A stretch of DNA of 64,000 nt from Candidatus Latescibacterota bacterium (GTDB taxonomy: Bacteria; Latescibacterota; UBA2968): contig OZ242320.1 in the NCBI GenBank assembly GCA_965208125.1, forward strand, positions 1,696,001 to 1,760,000, read 5' to 3'. The position numbers were made by a program, and so were the translations under genes. The notes below the pieces were generated by a model. It was given only the letters and a program-made list of their open reading frames with translations. It was not told where the DNA came from and searched no databases. Positions 22,145 to 31,218 of this stretch are shown here, in pieces (within the stretch, counting starts at the first letter, position 1; each line of letters begins with the position of its first letter).

Positions 22145-22987
22145 ATGGACGCAAAAAAATGGTTGCAACACTGCGCGACAGAAGCACAACTCAGGCAATT
22201 TAACGACGAGGGATATTTGATCGTCGAAGACGCCCTATCGCCCGACCTGCTCGCGCGATTGAATGACGCCGTCGATCGGGTAGAAGCGCGGGAACGCGAG
22301 ACAAAGGGAATGAAATCAGATGCATTATTGAGCAAATTTCGAACTGTTGTGGAAGACGATATCTTTCTGGAATTACTCGATAATCCCAAAACATTCCCGC
22401 TATTATGGGATATTTTGGGATGGAATATCCAGCTCTATATCTCCCATCTAATCGTATATCCACCCGAGCAAAAGAAACGCGAAATTAACCCGGGTGGCTG
22501 GCATCAAGACGGCGGGCGACCCGTGCCCGAGATGGAACGCCCCCACCCGCGCCTATCCCTGAAGATCAGCTACTGGTTAAGCGATGTTAACACCCCAGAA
22601 CACGGCGCAATGCAAATTGTACCGCGCAGCCATAAACTGGACACAAAACCCGAAGGCTCCGATGCTGGCGAAGGCGTGTTACCCGTATGTGTCAAAGCGG
22701 GAACAGCCGTCCTCTTTGACCGCAGAATGTGGCATCGGCGGGGGATTAACACATCCGACGTCACGCGCCGCGTGCTATTCTTTGGCTACAGCTATCGCTG
22801 GCTGCGGGGGCTGGATTACAACCTCATGCCCGAAAATATCCTGAGCAAATGCGACCCCATCCGCCGCCAGCTACTCGGCGATGGCACAGACGTCAAAGGA
22901 TGGTGGCAACCCACAGAAGCCGACGTCCCCCTCAAAAGCTGGCTGCGCGAACACAAAGGCGAAGACTATCTCGAAGCACTGGGATAG
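22145..22987 (+). CDS. PhyH family 2OG-Fe(II) oxygenase
   Basis: F.DEGYLIVEDAL, WHQDG, GAMQIVPRSHK, AGTAVLFDRRMWH; ATG at 22145 after AAAGGA. Confidence 0.9.
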   Translation: MDAKKWLQHCATEAQLRQFNDEGYLIVEDALSPDLLARLNDAVDRVEARERETKGMKSDALLSKFRTVVEDDIFLELLDNPKTFPLLWDILGWNIQLYISHLIVYPPEQKKREINPGGWHQDGGRPVPEMERPHPRLSLKISYWLSDVNTPEHGAMQIVPRSHKLDTKPEGSDAGEGVLPVCVKAGTAVLFDRRMWHRRGINTSDVTRRVLFFGYSYRWLRGLDYNLMPENILSKCDPIRRQLLGDGTDVKGWWQPTEADVPLKSWLREHKGEDYLEALG

Positions 22988-23002
22988 CGACTGACCACAA
23001 TA

Positions 23003-23046
23003 CAAAAAAGAGCCATAACATTTATCTGTTATGGCTCTTTAATTTT
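23003..23046. terminator. Bidirectional intrinsic terminator
   Basis: aaagagccataaca-tttatc-tgttatggctcttt perfect stem flanked by A and T runs, just after the PhyH stop; marks the left edge of the accessory region. Confidence 0.8.
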
Positions 23047-23069
23047 CTGACCACTTACTTTTTGCAGGA

Positions 23070-23290
23070 GGTGCATCCAGAAGAACGTGGCCGAAAAAGC
23101 GCAGATAGATGTTACCGGAATTTCAGGGCACTCTTTTCGAGTCGGCACAGCGCAAACACTCGTGGAGAAAAAGGCGACAATGCCACAGCTTCAGACGGCT
23201 GGACGCTGGAAGGATACCAGGATGCCGGCCAGATATACGGGGAAAGAAGAACTCGCTCACGGGGTTATCGCTACCATCCTGGGCAAGTAG
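23070..23290 (+). pseudogene. C-terminal remnant of a Cre-like tyrosine recombinase
   Basis: GISGHSFRVGTAQ (HxxR), AGRWK (W) and MPARY (catalytic Y); the N-terminal catalytic half is missing. Confidence 0.85.
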
Positions 23291-23390
23291 ATAATCAACA
23301 CCTTCGCCAATTAAATGGGGCGAATAGCCCCTAATACGGTAAATTTGAAACAGGAGTATCCGTAGATTCACTTTCAGCAGGAGGGGCATT

Positions 23391-24077
23391 ATGAAGCAAA
23401 AGAATAACGCGATTCAAGAAGAAAAAGATTACCAAGCAATATTCCGTCCAAAAGAAGAACCAAATGACCAGGAAGATCTGAAAACTGATGAATGGATTGA
23501 GGCAGTTTCGGATTTCGAGATGTTCTCAGAACAGCTACAACGGGTCATATATGATCTGCACCAGTGGAAGTGGGCGGTTATCGCTCTGCATAGCGGCATC
23601 CAGGGCATGATGATCCTTGCACTCAACGTAGGTGATGGCTTGAGTGTTCTCCAAAAAAAGGATGCGGAGCAGTATTTATGTTGGAAGAAAGGTGATAGAA
23701 GCGAGCCAGTGCCGCGCGGGAAACTCGTTCCCTTCCTCGACCTTTACAAGAACATCAAAGACGATAAGTCCCCAATGAACAGGTCTCCGGATACCCAGCA
23801 TTTCGTCCCCAAAGGGACGCAAGACAAATCTATCAAACTATTACACCATTTGAGAAACGAGTTCATGCACTTTACGCCTAAGCGCTGGATACTTAATCGC
23901 GAGGGCCTCCCCGCTATGGCATCAGATTGCCTTGAAATAGCTGAATTTCTGGCTTGGGAATCTGGCAATATAATCTGGTATGAACATGACTTGAAGAAAA
24001 GACTAAAGATTGCCTTTACATCTGCCCGTAAGTCTTTGTCTGCTGTAGAGAAAGAGTATAATGGAGGTACGTCTTGA
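23391..24077 (+). CDS. Putative HEPN-domain RNase
   Basis: LRNEFMHF gives an Rx4H motif in a helical protein; WKWAVIALH N-terminal helix; GGAGG SD. Confidence 0.6.
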   Translation: MKQKNNAIQEEKDYQAIFRPKEEPNDQEDLKTDEWIEAVSDFEMFSEQLQRVIYDLHQWKWAVIALHSGIQGMMILALNVGDGLSVLQKKDAEQYLCWKKGDRSEPVPRGKLVPFLDLYKNIKDDKSPMNRSPDTQHFVPKGTQDKSIKLLHHLRNEFMHFTPKRWILNREGLPAMASDCLEIAEFLAWESGNIIWYEHDLKKRLKIAFTSARKSLSAVEKEYNGGTS

Positions 24078-24499
24078 ATCGTGAGTAGGATATCATCGCC
24101 TTGATTTCAGCGGACTACCTATGATGTGGCCGAATGGTCATCTGCGATCTGTGGACTTCCCGAACGTCGTATCTCCCCAACTGATGTTATACAGGCTTGA
24201 GGATATAAAGAAGACGATTATATACAATAGTGCCGAAGTGATTAAAAACGCTCCCAAAAGTTTTTCTTTTGGATGAATAAACTATCTGACAAAACTGGTA
24301 CATAGAATCAGATGTACAATAAAATTGCCTGATTAGGGTATAATCAGGAAATTTGTATATAGCAAATTTCTGGTACAGATTAGTATTGGGATAGCCCGAT
24401 ACTTCCTAAAGGACTACCCCAACTTTACATCTCTCCGTTCCTGCCTTGTATTTGATCGTAGGCTTTTAATAACCTTTCTTCAACAGGAAGCATTAGGCA

Positions 24500-24778
24500 T
24501 CACCTCCTTGCACGATGATCTTTGCCCATCTTGTAAGCTGTTGCTACGGATATTAACCACACAATAGCCCAAGTTACATTGTCCTCGCCAAACACATCAC
24601 ATAGTGTACCAAACATATCTAAATAAAACCAAAAGAACACGCCGATATGAGCCACGACATTCCATAGAGTATTCTTTACTCTTTTCGAGGGATGTGAAGC
24701 CATGACAAATATTGCACTGACAAAGAAAAACGGCAGATTTATACAAAATAACGTGATAAGTATTTCACTCATATCCAT
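24500..24778 (-). CDS. Small membrane protein (about 3 TM), unknown function
   Basis: Three hydrophobic segments; TTGACA-18-TATTTT promoter-like site upstream near 24988-25017. Confidence 0.5.
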   Translation of the reverse strand: MDMSEILITLFCINLPFFFVSAIFVMASHPSKRVKNTLWNVVAHIGVFFWFYLDMFGTLCDVFGEDNVTWAIVWLISVATAYKMGKDHRARR

Positions 24779-25307
24779 AAAGAAAGGGGGTTGTGTAGCA
24801 CAGTAGCATAAGCCAAAAGAGCCGAGGCAATGGCCTATATGTCTGAAATATAGGCCATTGCAATTTCAGCTAGGTTTACGCTTTATTTTTTCAAACTCTG
24901 GTCTTTTAAAAACAATGATACACAGATTTGAAAGACGATCCGATGAAAACAGGACGAACCCCAATAATGCCCTGACCGTTCCTCTAAAAATACGCGCCAG
25001 TTGTCCCATTTGTCAAGGTCTGGTCGAAATAAATTAGCCCGTCAATCTCATTTGATCAACGGGCTTTGTCTTATGCCTGGTCGAGCACCACAACCACAAC
25101 ATTTTGACGCGCCAAGGACATAGCCAGCGACAATGTGCGAAGTTCCACATGTGTATCCCCAGGAGAAATTGAAATACAGCGAATAGACTCGCCCGCGCCC
25201 GCCTCGAGTACAACACAAAAGCCCGCCGACCATTGCGATCAGTGGGCTTTTTCTATTCGCTTTACATCTTTTTGAGGATGTGTTTGGCTATCTGATAGCT
25301 TGACTTG

Positions 25308-25766
25308 TCATTGCTGTCTATCATTGCCTGTGTCATCATCAACAAAGGGCGGCAATGGAACGTCGGGATGGTTTTCCTTCAACCAGCTACGCCACTGGGC
25401 ATTATTTTCTTTAATACTATCCCTGAGCTTTCGATCCTGCCGCTCGCGGTATTTTTCGACTAAAAGTGTCCTCATACCTACCCCCTGTATAACTAAAAAG
25501 GCAAAGACGACAGCAAAAATACCCACATGCCCTATGGAGATAGCCAATTCAATGAGACCATCTCTATCGAGTCCGATAATTTTGTCCCAGTCACGCCAAA
25601 GAACCAGACCTAACAAGGGCACAAAAAACACGAGAGCCAACCCAATGATCCACTCTCTTTCCTCTGGCGTACAACTCCAAATATCTACTCGATCATCTGC
25701 GGGGCTTTGCCTCTGCTCCATTTGTTCCTTACGCTCCATTTCTCTGGGGAAATTTCCCACCTTCAA
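25308..25766 (-). CDS. Two-TM hypothetical protein with charged C-terminal tail
   Basis: Two hydrophobic helices, then a helical charged region; true start may be a downstream ATG. Confidence 0.55.
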   Translation of the reverse strand: MKVGNFPREMERKEQMEQRQSPADDRVDIWSCTPEEREWIIGLALVFFVPLLGLVLWRDWDKIIGLDRDGLIELAISIGHVGIFAVVFAFLVIQGVGMRTLLVEKYRERQDRKLRDSIKENNAQWRSWLKENHPDVPLPPFVDDDTGNDRQQ

Positions 25767-25990
25767 AAAAGGTAACGAAATAGAAATCTAACAGCAAGAA
25801 TAATCCTCTCCCCAAAAGGCCATTGGTTGCTACCAGTAGCCTTTTTCTTTTGTGCGAATATCGAAATTTCCTGGCACAAATACAATGATGGGGAATTTGC
25901 CCGCCCGAAACGGGTCAAGTCCATTTGACGGGTTTTAAAAAAAAGAAGAAGTGCCCCGCCAAACATCGCCAGGGCACTTTCTTGTGACAT

Positions 25991-27583
25991 TTACGCAATC
26001 AGCACTGGATGTAACAACTCAGGAGACTGACGATCCGGGACAAAAAACTCTTTCCAAGAGTATTTTAACGACAAGTGAAACACCTTTTCGTTTATCAGTG
26101 TCATCTTTTCCGTGCCGAACCACATCTCGGCCAATTCCCATACGCGAAATGGCCCCTTCTCTCCCGCTTCTATCAGATAGTCATACAACTCGGAAATCCG
26201 TTGGCGACAAAATTCTCTTCCGTCGGCGATGCCTGCTCGCTTGGTATAGGTATATTCGCCGCCATTCTTGGGGAGTTGCACATCTACATTCAGAGCCCTT
26301 TCTCTCACAGATTCAGCCAATTTCTTCCTCGCACAGTCATCGCCGTGTACAAGAAAGCATGTATGCGGCTTCAGTCTCTCGACCAAATTCGCCAGTTGTT
26401 TCTGATCCGCATGCGCGGAAAGCGAATATCGCTTCACATCGCACTCTACATGTTCCTCCTGTTCATCAAGGTTCAGGACGCGATCATCCTGCAACTTGCG
26501 CCCAGGAGTTCCTTCAGCCTGATAGCCCGTAATTGCGATCAGGTTCTTTGGATCACCAGCTAATTTCTCGGCATAAAAACTCGATCTGCCTCCGATCAAC
26601 ATCCCCGAAGACGCCACAATACAGCACGGCTCCCACGACGCAACGCTATCGCGGTCAAATTTGCGCGGCACTGGCTTTATGGTATCCGAATAGAAAATAT
26701 CCTCGTCTCGTTCTACCCTGCCCCGCATCGCTGGTGCAAGATTATCCCCAAAAGTCGCATACACCTTATTGACCGACTGCACCATCCCATCAATCCATAT
26801 GGGAAACTCGGGAATCTGCTTGCGCCGCATAGCCCGCGCCAAAATCAGAACAACCTCCTGTGCACGCCCCACGGCAAAGGCCGGTATTAACACTTTTCCG
26901 CCAGATTCAATCACCTTAGCCACGTCCGATACAAGCCGATCTTTTTCATTTGCGCGATCCTTGTGACAACGATTACCATACGTGGATTCCATCACCATCA
27001 CATCGGGACGGCACTGCGGCACAACCATACCCGGAATCGTCAGTTGATTGGCAACCGACACATCGCCTGTCATCAGAATACTTTCCCGTTTGCCCTCAAT
27101 ATAGATCATTGCTGCGCCCAAAATATGCCCGGCACGAATCCACCTGGCGGTCAACGCGCCATCACAGACCGACACGGGTTTATCCCACGGCACATCCACC
27201 ATGCGTTCCAAGACTGCGGCGACATCTTCAGGAGAACACAGAGGCAACTTACCGTCTTGTTGCTCACGCTGTCCCCGGTTCGCAGTATCTTCTAACAATA
27301 CCCGTGTAATCGCCTTTGTTGCTGGCGTACAATACATCTTCACATCTGCGGGCAAACCATTCACCAACACCGGCAGAGCACCCGTATGATCGGTATGCGC
27401 GTGTGTAATCAGCACCTCATCGGGCATACCCACATCGTCCGGCACAGAAAAATTGGGCAACTGTTTATCCTGATGGACGCCCATTCGAATGCCCGCATCT
27501 ACCAGAATGCGTTTTTCTTCTATTTCAATCAATGTGCAGGAAGCACCGACCTCGTCGGCACCACCCAAAAAATGGAGTTTCAT
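25991..27583 (-). CDS. Metallo-beta-lactamase/beta-CASP nuclease (CPSF73/Ysh1-like)
   Basis: FLGGADEVGASC, HAHTDH, AGHILGA, TGD, ESTYG, IPAFAVGRAQE, ASSGML, GYQAEGTPG, SAHAD, LVHGD all intact; ATG at 27583 with GAAAGGA SD. Confidence 0.93.
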   Translation of the reverse strand: MKLHFLGGADEVGASCTLIEIEEKRILVDAGIRMGVHQDKQLPNFSVPDDVGMPDEVLITHAHTDHTGALPVLVNGLPADVKMYCTPATKAITRVLLEDTANRGQREQQDGKLPLCSPEDVAAVLERMVDVPWDKPVSVCDGALTARWIRAGHILGAAMIYIEGKRESILMTGDVSVANQLTIPGMVVPQCRPDVMVMESTYGNRCHKDRANEKDRLVSDVAKVIESGGKVLIPAFAVGRAQEVVLILARAMRRKQIPEFPIWIDGMVQSVNKVYATFGDNLAPAMRGRVERDEDIFYSDTIKPVPRKFDRDSVASWEPCCIVASSGMLIGGRSSFYAEKLAGDPKNLIAITGYQAEGTPGRKLQDDRVLNLDEQEEHVECDVKRYSLSAHADQKQLANLVERLKPHTCFLVHGDDCARKKLAESVRERALNVDVQLPKNGGEYTYTKRAGIADGREFCRQRISELYDYLIEAGEKGPFRVWELAEMWFGTEKMTLINEKVFHLSLKYSWKEFFVPDRQSPELLHPVLIA

Positions 27584-27631
27584 CTTGATTCCTTTCACGA
27601 ATGACGTTTGCTATCCCAGTTGTCTTGAAAG

Positions 27632-27698
27632 GATGCGTCGTATGCACAATCCAGAGGGATCATCGTGAGGCTATAGGAGCCTCGAAGTGCGACGCATC
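27632..27698. other. Multi-stem structured element
   Basis: Outer stem gatgcgtcgta/tgcgacgcatc encloses hairpins atcc-agag-ggat and gaggct-atagg-agcctc. Confidence 0.5.
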
Positions 27699-27776
27699 GG
27701 GAGGGAATACTTTTGAAGCTATTTGTAGGCGGAGGTGTTGACGGGCAAAGGAGATACCGCGATCTGCACCTGCCAA

Positions 27777-27929
27777 TTACTTGCGTTTTGGCGGGGCGTT
27801 ATAGCGGCCACGTCCAGACTTGTTGCCTGTTGTGGCGGGCCAACCTGCGCCTTTTCCACCGCCACCGCTTTTACCGCTACCTCGGGTGCTACCTCTACTG
27901 CCACCGCGGTTACCACTTGATTTAGCCAT
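27777..27929 (-). CDS. 50-aa Gly/Ser/Arg/Lys-rich peptide
   Basis: Strong AAAGGAGGTGA SD before the ATG; MAKSSGNRGGSRGSTRGSGKSGGGGKGAGWPATTGNKSGRGRYNAPPKRK. Confidence 0.7.
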   Translation of the reverse strand: MAKSSGNRGGSRGSTRGSGKSGGGGKGAGWPATTGNKSGRGRYNAPPKRK

Positions 27930-27974
27930 TTTCTCACCTCCTTTCTTGTTGGTATCCATCGCCTCAGGGGGGCA

Positions 27975-29753
27975 CTATTCTCCCCAATCGAGGCGATCAT
28001 TTTTCTCTCGTGTTCGGTGCAATTCTGTTCGGCGCGTTCGTATCGCCCCTGCTTGATCAATCTCTTTTCCCAGCGTCAAGAGATGTGACTGGCGAAGCCA
28101 CCAAAAGGCTTCAAATAATGGTCGGCGAGATGAGGCACCGCGCTCTAAATTCGGCTTGTTGCGGTTGAGATGCCGGATTTGTCTGTGCGCTCTTTTTGCA
28201 AATTCGCGGACATTTTTATCGGGATCGTTTTTAGACAGCCAAAACAATGTTCTATGCGCTCGCCCACCGGGATTCACGCGCAAAGCTGTCAATGCCTGCA
28301 CATAACACTGCCGCCACGTCCGGCGCGGTTCAACAAATTCTTCATCTGCGTCATCAGACACGTTACTCTTTGTCCGGGTGTCAGTTTTTTTTGTCTTAAG
28401 CCGTTCAAGACAAAATTTGGCAAACTCTTCGCGCAAGCCCTGTAAGTGCGGATCTCTATCCAGTTCATCCCGAAGATTCTGAGGATACATAGAGATTCCG
28501 ATCCAGGAAGGGATTCGACTATACGGATGAGGGGGAGGCTCTCTATCTGATTCTGGCCAGTAGCGAAGATCCGAGGCAACGGCTGGCACAGTCATCTCTG
28601 TGAAAGCAAGCAATAAGGACTTCAAACATCGCCACGGGGCGGCAAAGATGCACAACACTTCAAAAGCCTTATCGTAAAAATCATCAACGTCCTCACCTGT
28701 CGAATCCTCACGCGCAAAGTCCTCGGGCGTCTCTCGCAACACTTTCCGCAACATGCCCATGTGTTTCGCAGCACTTGCGACCAGCCGATCTCTCAGCTCA
28801 TCAGACAGACCAGACGCCAAACCACCCATACCGCTATAGTAAATCGTCACAGATAACCGCCACCAGGCTTTGAGCAAAGATGCGCGTTCTCGGCTTAACT
28901 CGGGCTGTTTCTCATCCAGAAGTTCCATGAAGGGAATTAACTCATCTGCAACAATTCGCCATCCGTCACCCACGGGATTCAAACGTTCCGTACCCAATGC
29001 AAAGCCAGTATTCATAGCATATCCAATGGCATGCAAAAGGCCGAGAATTTTGTCGCCCAAAACGTCTCCAGAAAAATCAGAAAACGCTTGTAGCAGGGTG
29101 TCCAACCTGATGATGTCACAACGCTCTGCGTTATCCCGGAATCGCCAGATTAACCAAAATTCAATCTGTTCAGGATCTCCAAAATCATTTTTGGACCATT
29201 CTTTTCGCTGAATCGGATTCAACAACTCGAAATTGGCGACCTGGCCTAAAGGCACGCCTTCTGGAAAGAGAAATGGAATCAGGTCAAAGAATCGGTACTC
29301 GTCCCAAATTTCAATGAGCTTGTGCAAATCCAAACTTTTCACACAAAAATCCGCATGCCTTTGGAACGCACCAACCCACTCGGGAATGACCTCATTTGGT
29401 ATATCGAGCTTTTCGTTGGGCCCACTCTTTTCACCGTGATAAATAGGTCCAAAGCCAAGCAGAAAGCTAAAAAGCAGTGCCAGACGGAGTTGCCGATCCT
29501 TCTCGGTTTGATCTGGTTCTCCTAACTTTTCCACAATGTCAGGTAGGTCACGCTCAAAATAACTCGCAAACTCGTCTTTGAATACAGCATCCCCACTGGT
29601 ATCACCAAAACAGTCTGGACGTTCAAAAACGCGAATGAGCCATTCCTGGTCATCACGGGAAAAACCAGCGTCCTGAAGGCACTGTTTTACAGAAGATACT
29701 TCTGAATCATCAGGGAAAACAAGGCCAGAACGGCCATCTTCAGCTTCGCTCAT
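27975..29753 (-). CDS. 592-aa helical hypothetical protein with HEAT-like C-terminal segment
   Basis: Long ORF with AGGAG SD; WRQCYVQALTAL...LSKNDPDKNVREFA resembles a HEAT repeat. Confidence 0.75.
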   Translation of the reverse strand: MSEAEDGRSGLVFPDDSEVSSVKQCLQDAGFSRDDQEWLIRVFERPDCFGDTSGDAVFKDEFASYFERDLPDIVEKLGEPDQTEKDRQLRLALLFSFLLGFGPIYHGEKSGPNEKLDIPNEVIPEWVGAFQRHADFCVKSLDLHKLIEIWDEYRFFDLIPFLFPEGVPLGQVANFELLNPIQRKEWSKNDFGDPEQIEFWLIWRFRDNAERCDIIRLDTLLQAFSDFSGDVLGDKILGLLHAIGYAMNTGFALGTERLNPVGDGWRIVADELIPFMELLDEKQPELSRERASLLKAWWRLSVTIYYSGMGGLASGLSDELRDRLVASAAKHMGMLRKVLRETPEDFAREDSTGEDVDDFYDKAFEVLCIFAAPWRCLKSLLLAFTEMTVPAVASDLRYWPESDREPPPHPYSRIPSWIGISMYPQNLRDELDRDPHLQGLREEFAKFCLERLKTKKTDTRTKSNVSDDADEEFVEPRRTWRQCYVQALTALRVNPGGRAHRTLFWLSKNDPDKNVREFAKRAHRQIRHLNRNKPNLERGASSRRPLFEAFWWLRQSHLLTLGKEIDQAGAIRTRRTELHRTREKNDRLDWGE

Positions 29754-29909
29754 ACCAACTCCTGTTAAGCATCAAGCCATATCCTTTTGGCGCAATCAAC
29801 TCAGGATTTTGCGATCCTGTTTCAGATTGTGAACCCGCAGGATTCCCGACTGAAGAAGTATCGAGATCGGAAGAGATGCAAATTGCATCAAAGCACGAGG
29901 TTCAACGAA

Positions 29910-29938
29910 AGAATATTCAATTTGTTCAGATGTGTCAA
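29910..29938 (-). promoter_or_regulatory. Sigma70-like promoter for the 29753 gene
   Basis: TTGACA-17 nt-TATTCT on the minus strand, implying a ~150-nt 5' UTR. Confidence 0.65.
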
Positions 29939-30203
29939 CCCCAAATTTGGAAAACTCGGTCTAATCCTATTGTGTTCTTATCCACATTCTTATGATGTAA
30001 AAATCTCCGTTAAACCCCACCTTTTGTGAGTGATTAGATTACAACCCGCCCTCCATGTCCTTTCCGATTACAAAACCCCGCGTTATTCGTTTCAGAGGGC
30101 GCACTCTTATTGATGGTGTGCCCGCCCGCAGGTCTTCAAACGATATGCGACACCCCACAGCGCAAGTCCAAGACAAGCGCCGCTTCGGGGGAGCATCAGT
30201 TTT

Positions 30204-30935
30204 TTGCCGTCTGGGGCGTTGCTTTCGGTTGCTCGGTTCGGCCGTTGGGTGGGGCGTTCTCGTCCTCTTTGGTCCGGTGGGGCGTTGGGCGTTGATAGTG
30301 CTGCGTCTGCTGGGGCGTTGGCGCAGGGTGGTCAGGTGTGCTGGTGGTTGCCGGCTGGGTTTGGCGAGTTGGCCGCTGGGTCTTCGTCGCCTGTTGTTCG
30401 TGGTCCGGGTGGGGTCTTTCCGGTTTCGGCGCCCCGTCAGTTGGCGCGTTCTGTTCGGTGTGTTGCCTGGTCGGGTGGGCCGTCTTCCGCTTCTGTGCCT
30501 TTCAGCGAGCGGTTGTTCCAGCGGTCTGTGTCGCTTCTTCTCTCGCTTCGTGGTGCGGGTGGTGGGTCTGTGGTCTGCTTCACCTCTCAGGTTGCTCTTT
30601 CGGCTCGGCGTGGGGGGTCCTATTTCACTGTCCGTCGTGCGTTGCGCCTTGGGTTCCGGCCCGGTGTGTCGCTGTTTGTCGTGCTTGTTGGGGAGCCTGC
30701 TGGCTTTCAGCTTTTGTCGCCGGGGGCTGTGGTGTCCGCCTTTTCTGCTCCCTCTTCCTCTCAGCAGTCTCTCTTCACTCCCGAGCAGCTTGTGGGTGCG
30801 CGTCCGTCTCTCTTCCCGCCGGTGTCTCCTTCTGGGTCTCGTCGCGATCCGCATGGCGAGCGGTTTGATTCTCAGTCCGTGTGTGGGCCGTTGTCTCAGT
30901 CCTTCTGGCTCGGTTTCCGGTTCCGGTCTGGTTAG
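30204..30935 (+). CDS. Adenine-depleted DprA/SLOG-like protein (5' end possibly damaged)
   Basis: WSGGALGVDSAASAGAL matches the SLOG/DprA SGxAxGVD loop; ERLFQRS is at the RN position; GGSYFTVRRA matches GS..T...A. Confidence 0.65.
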   Translation: MPSGALLSVARFGRWVGRSRPLWSGGALGVDSAASAGALAQGGQVCWWLPAGFGELAAGSSSPVVRGPGGVFPVSAPRQLARSVRCVAWSGGPSSASVPFSERLFQRSVSLLLSLRGAGGGSVVCFTSQVALSARRGGSYFTVRRALRLGFRPGVSLFVVLVGEPAGFQLLSPGAVVSAFSAPSSSQQSLFTPEQLVGARPSLFPPVSPSGSRRDPHGERFDSQSVCGPLSQSFWLGFRFRSG

Positions 30936-30973
30936 GGTTTCTGGCCCTTCGTCCGCGGTCCATTAGATAGAAG

Positions 30974-31190
30974 TTTGATTTGACCACTTTAAATTTGGCG
31001 AAATCTGAATGCCTCAACGCACAAAAAGGGATGCCTCGCGCCTCTGGTCTATGGGCCGTGTGAAAATCCTCGCGTTCAATCAACATTATCTGAACCGAAT
31101 TATTCGCATCTTCGGATTGGACGAGACTTGCATCAAAAAACGACACGAATATCAAATGCTTAAGGATTATGGCGCGCCGTTTAATTCTGT
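30974..31190 (+). pseudogene. C-terminal remnant of a DDE (IS4/ISH3-like) transposase
   Basis: FDLTTLNLAKSE, then after a frameshift WSMGRVKILAFNQHYLNRIIRIFGLDETCIKKRHEYQMLKDYG; resembles the C-termini of such transposases. Confidence 0.55.
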
Positions 31191-31218
31191 TCACTCTAAC
31201 GATATGGCTGGCGACATG

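Noticed and set aside
27632-27698. tRNA, hammerhead ribozyme or attC site
   Set aside because: No T-loop or CCA, no CUGANGA/GAAA core, and no RYYYAAC...GTTRRRY ends.
30201-30960. DGR adenine mutagenesis as the cause of A loss
   Set aside because: No reverse transcriptase or template/variable repeat pair in the window, and the tract is much longer than a typical variable region.
30039-30966. Overlapping ORFs 30055-30966 (+), 30338-30868 (+) and 30039-30854 (-)
   Set aside because: Stop codons are rare because one strand lacks A and the other lacks T; only the 30204 frame has family motifs.
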